Below, piece after piece: positions 57,452 to 64,000 of a stretch of DNA of 64,000 nt. Numbering within the stretch: the stretch's first letter is position 1; the number at the start of each line of letters is the position of its first letter. The notes below the pieces were generated by a model that saw only the letters and a list, made by a program, of their open reading frames with translations, did no database searches and was not told the DNA's origin. The translations under genes and the position numbers were made by a program. Source of the stretch: Candidatus Falkowbacteria bacterium (GTDB lineage: Bacteria; Patescibacteriota; Patescibacteriia; XYB2-FULL-38-15); assembly GCA_016214745.1 (NCBI GenBank), contig JACRNW010000001.1, positions 1,038 to 65,037 on the forward strand. Reading direction: 5' to 3'.

Positions 57452-58040
57452 CTACAGCCCGGCCTTGGCCAGAGCCGCGAGCGACCGACCGTCGGTGGAC
57501 TGCCTCCGGAACTCGTCCGGGGTCATGCCCTCCGCATCCGGGAAGTCGGCGTTCACGAAGGTAGACGGCGATCACGCCCGCAATGCGCTGAGGATTCGAC
57601 TCGAAGAAGTTCGAATCGTAGAAGTTGCCGACGAGCTTGCCCTTGTCGGCCAATTCGCCCTTGGAGATACTGGACGGCCTGAGCTCCAAAACCTCGCCGT
57701 TCAGGCCCTTGGTCCTTCGCACCCGCACCCGCGGCGCGCCGTATCTGTTCATCTCGATCACGACGTGGCCCACGACGCGCGGACTGCCGTCCTCGGGCGG
57801 CGGGACATTCGGCTCTTCGTAGAGCGCGATCTGTCCCCAACCGCCGCGATCCACGTAGCGGGCGTCGTGGAACTTGCCGTCACCTCGACCACTTCGACCC
57901 GTCGCCGGGTCGAAGCACCAAAGCTCGGCGGCCTTGCCTCCGCCGATCTTGGCGCCGCGCACGTCATCGGGTTCGAGACAGACGACGACATTCTCGCCCA
58001 GACGCCTTTGCGCCTCTTCCAACGTGATGATCTCCGGCAT
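57452..58040 (-). pseudogene. High-GC gene with a +1 frameshift near 57560; weakly NDP-hexose 2,3-dehydratase/Nudix-like
   Basis: Start ATG 58040 after AAGGAAGGAGAGGAG; removing one base at ...VIAVY gives FVNADFPDAEGMTPDEFRRQSTDGRSLAALAKAGL* ending just before the next SD. Confidence 0.55.
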
Positions 58041-58165
58041 CTCTCCTCTCCTTCCTTGAAGCCCCCTTGGCTTCTTGTTGATATTGATAAGATTAAAGTA
58101 AAAAATTAAAAATGTCAAGAATCAAAAAGCGGCCTTGCGGCCGCTTGCTTTTTATTTAATATTTT

Positions 58166-58354
58166 TTATTTTTCTTTCTCTTTTGGATGCAAAAGATTAT
58201 GTAATTTTCTTAATGCTTGCGTTCTCTGTTCTGGTGTACCGCGTTCTGCCAACTTTTGTAATTCGGCAATCCGCCGTTGTTTCTCCGCCAATTCTGCCTC
58301 AGTCCGCTTTTTTTCTTCAAGCGCCGCCGCAAATTGTGATTCTTGTTCTCCCAT
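58166..58354 (-). CDS. Small coiled-coil hypothetical protein
   Basis: 62 aa, ATG in AT-rich context, followed by a terminator-like hairpin. Confidence 0.55.
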   Translation of the reverse strand: MGEQESQFAAALEEKKRTEAELAEKQRRIAELQKLAERGTPEQRTQALRKLHNLLHPKEKEK

Positions 58355-58392
58355 ATTTTTATAATTATCTTGAGTTACGAACGATTCACTTT

Positions 58393-58519
58393 CCCCTCCC
58401 TCGACGGGAGGGGATTAAGGGGAGGGTGGCAAAGCTAATATTTTCACCCTCACCCCTGCCCGCAACGCCAGCGCTAGCGTGGCAGGCGGGCCAACCCTCT
58501 TCCGTCAAGGGAGAGGGGG
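58393..58519. repeat. Composite GC-rich palindromic repeat (CCCTCCC..GGGAGGGG type with an inner palindrome)
   Basis: cccctccc tcgac gggagggg..ggggagggtg / caccctcacccc [tgcccgc..gcgggc] aaccctcttcc gtcaa gggagaggg. Confidence 0.7.
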
Positions 58520-58933
58520 CATCTTTTGATAATAAGGGCTCGCTTTCTTAAATTCTTCGTAGTCCTCAATATAATCGCTCCGATCTGGGTTATAGTTAGT
58601 AGATGATAATGCTAAGAGCACCGCGTCAGGAGAAAAATCTTTAAAATGGTGCCAAACAAAATTCGGAACGTAGATCGCGCCGGTCGGTCCGACGAGCGGA
58701 ATTTCTTCAAGACCTTGGCCTTTATCAATCACTGCTAAGCAACTTCCCTGAATCAAAACAAAAAATTCTTCTTCAACTTTATGACAATGCGCGCCGGTCG
58801 GAGCCGCGGGTTTCGTAATAAAATAAACTCGCTTCACTTCAAAATCAATATAATCTTTCAGTTCCACCGGACTCATCACGAATTTTGGCGTGTCAACTTT
58901 TTTTAGTTCAAAAACTTTAAATTCTTTTGCCAT
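58505..58933 (-). CDS. WxcM/FdtA-like cupin (sugar 3,4-ketoisomerase)
   Basis: FEVKRVYFI, GAHCH, EFFVLIQGS, VWHHFKDFSPDAVLLALSS, DYIEDYEEF. Confidence 0.85.
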   Translation of the reverse strand: MAKEFKVFELKKVDTPKFVMSPVELKDYIDFEVKRVYFITKPAAPTGAHCHKVEEEFFVLIQGSCLAVIDKGQGLEEIPLVGPTGAIYVPNFVWHHFKDFSPDAVLLALSSTNYNPDRSDYIEDYEEFKKASPYYQKMPPLP

Positions 58934-58937
58934 AATT

Positions 58938-59951
58938 TTATTTGATATGCGGATTCAATTCTTCTTTTCGCTTTTGCAATTTTTCTACCCATTCTTTATT
59001 CGCCAAATACCATTCCACTGTTTCCTTTAAACCCTGTTCAAATTTATCGCGGCTATATTTTGGTTGCCAGCCTAACGCTAAAATTTTTGAGGCATCAATA
59101 GCATAACGACGATCATGGCCCGGCCGGTCAGTCACATGTTCAATCATCTCTTCTCCCTTGCCCATGATTTTCAACATCATTTTTGTAACTTCCATATTGC
59201 TGCGTTCGTTGTCCACGCCAATGTTATAAACTTCACCCGCGACGCCTTTATGGAGTAATAAATCCAGAGCGGCGGCGTGGTCAGTCACGTGAATCCAGTC
59301 ACGGACATAAAGTCCGTCGCCGTAAACTGGAACTTTTTGGTTATTTATCAAACGAAAAATAAAAAATGGAATTATTTTTTCGGGAAATTGGTATGGCCCG
59401 TAATTATTGGAGCAATGAGTTACGACGACCGGAACTTTATGCGTCACAAAATATGCATTGCACATTAAATCTCCACCAGCCTTGGCCGCGGCATAAGGCA
59501 TATTTGGCCAGATCGGGGTCGCCTCCGTGAATTTTCTATCTTCATCAAGTCCGAGCGCACCGTAAACTTCATCAGTTGAAACATTAACAAACTTTTCTAT
59601 ATTATTGGCTCGCACCGCATCCAAAATCATCTGCACGCCCAAAGTATTAGTCATAACAAAATCTTTGCAGCCGCCGTGGATTGAGCGGTCAACATGAGTT
59701 TCTGCGGCAAAATTTATGACATGTGTAATTTGATGTTCTTTAATAACCTGGTTTAATTTTTCTAAATCGCAAATATCACCCTGAACAAAAATATAGTTCT
59801 GATTTTTTTCTACATCACGTAAATTATCTAAATTTCCAGCGTAAGTCAGCTTATCATAATTTACGATTTTATAATCCGGATATTTTTGGAGCATTTGCCG
59901 GACAAAGTTTGAACCAATAAACCCCGCCCCGCCACAAACCAATAAATTCAT
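58938..59951 (-). CDS. rmlB: dTDP-glucose 4,6-dehydratase
   Basis: GGAGFIGSNF, DKLTYAGN, AAETHVDRSI, STDEVYG, NNYGPYQFPEK, DRPGHDRRY. Confidence 0.96.
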   Translation of the reverse strand: MNLLVCGGAGFIGSNFVRQMLQKYPDYKIVNYDKLTYAGNLDNLRDVEKNQNYIFVQGDICDLEKLNQVIKEHQITHVINFAAETHVDRSIHGGCKDFVMTNTLGVQMILDAVRANNIEKFVNVSTDEVYGALGLDEDRKFTEATPIWPNMPYAAAKAGGDLMCNAYFVTHKVPVVVTHCSNNYGPYQFPEKIIPFFIFRLINNQKVPVYGDGLYVRDWIHVTDHAAALDLLLHKGVAGEVYNIGVDNERSNMEVTKMMLKIMGKGEEMIEHVTDRPGHDRRYAIDASKILALGWQPKYSRDKFEQGLKETVEWYLANKEWVEKLQKRKEELNPHIK

Positions 59952-59961
59952 ATTTATTCCA

Positions 59962-60495
59962 TTATTTTATAAAATATTTTCTCGCCATTGCCCAGGCGGC
60001 CAGAACTTGCCCATCCCAAATTTCATTTGTTTCTATCATTTTATCAATCTCTTCCGGTGTCTTGAACAAAATTTCAATCTCCTCTGTCTCGTCAGGATGA
60101 CTCTCTGTTTTTTCTAACTTCTTGGCTAAAAATACTTTTATCATCTCGTCAACCAATCCCTTACAAGAAGCCATTTCGCCAACAAAACTCAATTCACCTA
60201 TTTTGTAGCCAGCCTCCTCTTCAAGTTCGATTCGAGCGGCCTCTTCATAAGATTGATTTTCTTTCAGTCCACCGATAGGGAACTCTATGTTTTCTCGTTT
60301 AAAAAGATAACGCCACTGTTTAGTCATAATAATACGCCCGTCATCTAAAACAGGAATCACCGAAGCGCCACCATTCGTGTGCATATAATAGTAATCCCCT
60401 TCTTTACCCTTCGGCAAGACGTACTTTTCGTGTCTGTATGTCCACCACGGATTTTTGTGCAAAATTTCTTCACTTAATTTTTCCCACTTTTTCAT
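59962..60495 (-). CDS. NUDIX hydrolase, ADP-ribose pyrophosphatase-like
   Basis: QWRY, EFPIGG..AARIELEEEAG, DETEEIE. Confidence 0.87.
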   Translation of the reverse strand: MKKWEKLSEEILHKNPWWTYRHEKYVLPKGKEGDYYYMHTNGGASVIPVLDDGRIIMTKQWRYLFKRENIEFPIGGLKENQSYEEAARIELEEEAGYKIGELSFVGEMASCKGLVDEMIKVFLAKKLEKTESHPDETEEIEILFKTPEEIDKMIETNEIWDGQVLAAWAMARKYFIK

Positions 60496-60899
60496 ACAAT
60501 TTCTTTTCTAATTTTTTCTCCGATCTCCGCCATCTCGCCTTGTTTGTATTCTTTTCTCGACCAAGGCTCGAGCCCGTCGTCCGGAAAACGCGGAATAATG
60601 TGCCAATGCAAATGCGGAACAATCTGGCCGGCCACCGCGCCGTTATTCTGCCCGACGTTAAAACCCTTGAGATCAAATGCGCGGGTTATGCCCCATGCCA
60701 CTTTTTTAATCGTAAGCATTATTTCTTTCAAAATTTCCTCGCCGCCATCAAGCAAATTTTCAAAATGCTCTTTGGGCACGACCAACGTATGGCCGTGATT
60801 TACCGGATTAATATCCAAAAAAGCCACCACTTTATGGTTTTCATAAACTTTAACCGAGGGAATTTCGCCTCTGATAATTTTACAAAAAATACAATCCAT
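60492..60899 (-). CDS. HIT family nucleotide hydrolase
   Basis: CIFCKII, GHTLVVPK, AGQIVPHLHWHIIPR. Confidence 0.95.
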   Translation of the reverse strand: MDCIFCKIIRGEIPSVKVYENHKVVAFLDINPVNHGHTLVVPKEHFENLLDGGEEILKEIMLTIKKVAWGITRAFDLKGFNVGQNNGAVAGQIVPHLHWHIIPRFPDDGLEPWSRKEYKQGEMAEIGEKIRKEIV

Positions 60900-60901
60900 A
60901 A

Positions 60902-60957
60902 TCCTAAGGATCGTAAGGATCCTAAAGATCTTAAGGATCCTTGGGATCGCGACGATC
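60902..60957. repeat. 9-nt tandem repeat (TCCTAAGGA-like x6)
   Basis: tcctaagga tcgtaagga tcctaaaga tcttaagga tccttggga tcgcgacga. Confidence 0.75.
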
Positions 60958-60965
60958 TATATTTA

Positions 60966-61157
60966 TTATTTTATTTTCCCAAATAGTACTGTCAGAATAC
61001 CAGAAACTAACGGAATTATCAAGAGTAAACTGAAGCTGATGTAAAAACTGACAAAACCTGGCTCAAACCATTCAAAAATGCCAAAAACAATCAGCGTGAT
61101 AAAAGAAATCACAAATGCGTCTCTAAAAATTTTATAAAAAAATTCTTTTATCGTCAT
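60966..61157 (-). CDS. Small 2-TM membrane protein
   Basis: Hydrophobic 63 aa with a EWFEPGFVS loop. Confidence 0.7.
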   Translation of the reverse strand: MTIKEFFYKIFRDAFVISFITLIVFGIFEWFEPGFVSFYISFSLLLIIPLVSGILTVLFGKIK

Positions 61158-61747
61158 AAAATTTCATTTAACCGCCGAACTATTTCGTCCAAAATTTTAT
61201 TGGCTATTTCTTTTTCAGTCATTGGTTTGCAAATAAAAAGCGCTCTGATTTTATAAATCAGAATATCGCCGGTTTGTAGCCCCGGCGCGGAAAAACCAAA
61301 CCTGAACTTTTTTCCTTCCGGAGAAAGCTTTCCCAATTCAAAAATTTCAGTTTTTGTTTGCAGGGCGCCCGCGGTCGGCGGCAATTCGCGAAAATCAAAA
61401 GTCCAGGCGTCTTTATTTGCGAGGCCGCCGAATTTTATCGGCACATCGGCTGAATTTTTATATTTTATCGTGACGGCCACTTTTTCAAAATTACTGTTTG
61501 GGCTCAAATCAAAATAAACTGGTTCAGAAAGCAGCGTCCGATAACTTTCGCCATCAATATCTTCCTCTGCCCCGGAAACTCTATCTTTCGGATAAAGTTT
61601 AGAAATAAATGGCGACTCACGCCGCATATCATAAACTGCTTCCATTTTTCCGCTCGGCGAAATCGCTTTCACGGTGAGCCAGCCCAAAATGATAATGGGA
61701 ATGAAAATCAAAATAACGCGGATAAATTTATGCCAAAAAGAAAGCAT
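61154..61747 (-). CDS. Membrane-anchored hypothetical protein
   Basis: N-terminal TM helix; ISKLYPKDRV, EPVYFD. Confidence 0.75.
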   Translation of the reverse strand: MLSFWHKFIRVILIFIPIIILGWLTVKAISPSGKMEAVYDMRRESPFISKLYPKDRVSGAEEDIDGESYRTLLSEPVYFDLSPNSNFEKVAVTIKYKNSADVPIKFGGLANKDAWTFDFRELPPTAGALQTKTEIFELGKLSPEGKKFRFGFSAPGLQTGDILIYKIRALFICKPMTEKEIANKILDEIVRRLNEIL

Positions 61748-61750
61748 AAT

Positions 61751-63376
61751 CTATTTTAAATATTTCAATTGATAAAGCGATTCCGCTCCAAAATTTTTTA
61801 TTTCAATTATTTTTATTTCTTCTTTATTAATTCTGCCATCATAAAGATAATCCATTTCTTTTTCCGTCAAAGGCAGGCCATAATAATAAAGCGGCAAAAT
61901 TTTCGCGAGTTCGGGAATCAGGGCGTAAGTGCTATCATCGCGGAGCGGCGAGACAACCCTGTGTTCTGGAAAAAATATCTTATCGGCGCGATCAACAATA
62001 ATCACTGCCTCGGAAGGAATAAACAAATCTACCGATTTGGCGATCGCGGCGTAATCGTGCACGTTTTTATAAACATAAGCCAATCCGTCATTTTTATCAA
62101 AAAAAGTTAATTTCACCCCAAAAAGAATAAAAATTAAACAAAGAACTGCGGCAAAAAGTTTTTGTTTTAGGGGACGGATAAAATCAACTAATTTTATAAG
62201 GGTAAACGCGACGAGCGGCAATGATAAAATATAAATTGGCAACCAATACCGAACGTAAGAAGTTCCGATTGACGCTTCCTTGGCCGGGTTATCATAAAAA
62301 AACCAACTGCCGTAATATAAAAATAAAAATAGAGAAACAAATCCGCCGACCAGCAAATAAATTTTTATTTTTTTATCCAATTTCCCGGCAATTAATCTTT
62401 TGATAAAAACCGCCACGCTGAAAGCCGCAGGAATAGCGAACCACCAAAACATCCCGACAAAATAAGTGGAAAAATTTTTCAAAACATTTTTAATTTCAAG
62501 ACCAAAGGGAAAAATGAATTTCGCGGCCGAAACAAGCCATGCCGCCCCGCCGCCCGCCGGACTCCCCTCACCCAAATTATAAGCGGTAGTAAGCGGCTCG
62601 CCGTAAATTGTCCGGTTGTAAATAAAAATAGGAATAAAAGCTATGCCAGCGGAGAGAATAAAAATAATCAATTCGGACCATTTTACATTTTTTCTATAAA
62701 TTAAAAATAATATAAAGAGCGCTGCGCCAACCCAAATTATTTCCGACAACCTGACGGTTAATGCCAAACCAAAAAATAATCCGGCTAAAATATAATCAAG
62801 ATAATTTAATACCAACGTCTTAGACTTTTTATGTCCGACTAGAAAATAAAATCCTGCCAGGATTAGCGAAACAAATAAAATGTTTGGGAAGAGACCGCGG
62901 CTCGCATAATACCAAAAAGCCGGATGGACCAAAAACAAAAATGATGACCAAAGAGCAACCCGCCGGTCAAAGATATTTTTCACAATTCCATAAAAACAAA
63001 AAACCGCCGCACTGGCGAAAAATGGCGTGAGCCACCAAACTACCCCCAAAGTAAAAATTTTCGCGAGCCATCCATAAATCAAAATTAATCCCAAAAAACT
63101 CCCGGGCACAAGATATCCGCCGACTACCGCAATACTTCGCGGATGAATCATTCCGCCAGTTGTAAGATTCAGCGGCTCAAAAACTTTAAGCGTTCCGCTC
63201 ACGACGTAATTTTTTATGAAAAAATAATTAGCCGCCTCATCCGGCGAATTGAATTTTGCCGTCGCAGCCGCGGTCCCCAAATAAAACCAAGAATAAATAA
63301 AGAAAAAAATAACGGCAAAAAAAATCAGCGCCGTTTCCGCCCTATTTCCCTTTATCCATTTTGTGATAGAATACAT
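61751..63376 (-). CDS. GT-C (ArnT/PMT-like) polytopic glycosyltransferase
   Basis: FNSPDEAANY acidic loop, many TM helices, SYVRYWLP. Confidence 0.75.
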   Translation of the reverse strand: MYSITKWIKGNRAETALIFFAVIFFFIYSWFYLGTAAATAKFNSPDEAANYFFIKNYVVSGTLKVFEPLNLTTGGMIHPRSIAVVGGYLVPGSFLGLILIYGWLAKIFTLGVVWWLTPFFASAAVFCFYGIVKNIFDRRVALWSSFLFLVHPAFWYYASRGLFPNILFVSLILAGFYFLVGHKKSKTLVLNYLDYILAGLFFGLALTVRLSEIIWVGAALFILFLIYRKNVKWSELIIFILSAGIAFIPIFIYNRTIYGEPLTTAYNLGEGSPAGGGAAWLVSAAKFIFPFGLEIKNVLKNFSTYFVGMFWWFAIPAAFSVAVFIKRLIAGKLDKKIKIYLLVGGFVSLFLFLYYGSWFFYDNPAKEASIGTSYVRYWLPIYILSLPLVAFTLIKLVDFIRPLKQKLFAAVLCLIFILFGVKLTFFDKNDGLAYVYKNVHDYAAIAKSVDLFIPSEAVIIVDRADKIFFPEHRVVSPLRDDSTYALIPELAKILPLYYYGLPLTEKEMDYLYDGRINKEEIKIIEIKNFGAESLYQLKYLK

Positions 63377-63384
63377 AAATAAAT

Positions 63385-64000
63385 ATGACCCTCAGATTAC
63401 CTTATTGTATCATCATTTCTTTGATTTTAATAGTCGGCTTGCTCGGCAATTTTTTCCTTTGGGAAAGCACGTTACTCGGCCTGACTTTCGGCCCGGCCTA
63501 TCTAATTTTTTACGGATTTTTGCTCGGCTTTATCCTCTTTCGCGCCCGGCCTGATCTTTTTAAATTTCTCTACGGACTTTTATTTTTTCTCGCCGGCCTT
63601 TCGCTTTTCGGCGCCCTAATTTACTTTTTTTATAAATTAAACACCCTGGCGCTTGGAACGCTTGTGCTTTTGCCGCCATTCGTGATTCTCCCATTTCTAC
63701 GTTTTGGCAATCATCCCGAATCAGAAAAACATTTTAATCCTCTTCAAATCAATCCTCACATTTTACGAACCACTCTGCTTCTGGCCGTTTTTATTTTTTT
63801 GACGATTTTAAATTTACGCCATCTCTTGGCCGCCGGAACAGTTGAAGCGATCCGCACTCCCTGGAAAATTTTGCCTTTTGATTTTTTTATAAATTACTTT
63901 GTCGCTACTCTTGCCCTCCTATACTTTGTTTTAAAAAGTCAAAAAGAAGGACTAAACTTAATTTTAATCTCCGTTCACACTTTTTTAACGGTCGCCCTCG
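63385..64000 (+). CDS. Polytopic membrane protein, 3' end outside window
   Basis: Not in ORF track; open from ATG 63385 (MTLRLPYCIIISLILIVGLLGNFFLW...AIRTPWKILP...) to the window end. Confidence 0.75.
   Translation, partial: MTLRLPYCIIISLILIVGLLGNFFLWESTLLGLTFGPAYLIFYGFLLGFILFRARPDLFKFLYGLLFFLAGLSLFGALIYFFYKLNTLALGTLVLLPPFVILPFLRFGNHPESEKHFNPLQINPHILRTTLLLAVFIFLTILNLRHLLAAGTVEAIRTPWKILPFDFFINYFVATLALLYFVLKSQKEGLNLILISVHTFLTVAL

Overview
64-kb chromosomal window from an AT-rich bacterium whose style points to Patescibacteria/CPR, probably Parcubacteria-ABY1-like (inference: mostly Shine-Dalgarno-free genes, DUF4012, a split PEP-synthase-type ATP-grasp gene, short palindromic repeats). Most genes are on the minus strand. 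The backbone covers cell envelope and division (mreB, ftsE/X, murA/D/E/G, mraY, ftsW, many glycosyltransferases, rmlA/B/D), Fe-S/thio genes (iscS, iscU, nfu), pyrG, rplI, rpmA and four tRNA loci. Highlights: (1) an array at 40751-50675 with one stand-alone ATP-grasp (PPDK_N) subunit and five divergent ~500-aa 'large domain + phospho-His swivel' paralogs, resembling a split, combinatorial rifampin-phosphotransferase/phenylphosphate-synthase-like kinase; (2) a complete tRNA-Gly(CCC) nested in the anticodon loop of a second tRNA-Gly and clamped by a 16-bp inverted repeat; (3) a conserved structured element behind two tRNAs whose ends match each host tRNA; (4) a Translin/TRAX-family nuclease; (5) five high-GC islets with strong SD sites; (6) many MITE/REP/heptamer repeats, a RAYT, a GIY-YIG cassette and two apparent single-base frameshifts. 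All family assignments come from motif recognition by eye; no searches were run.
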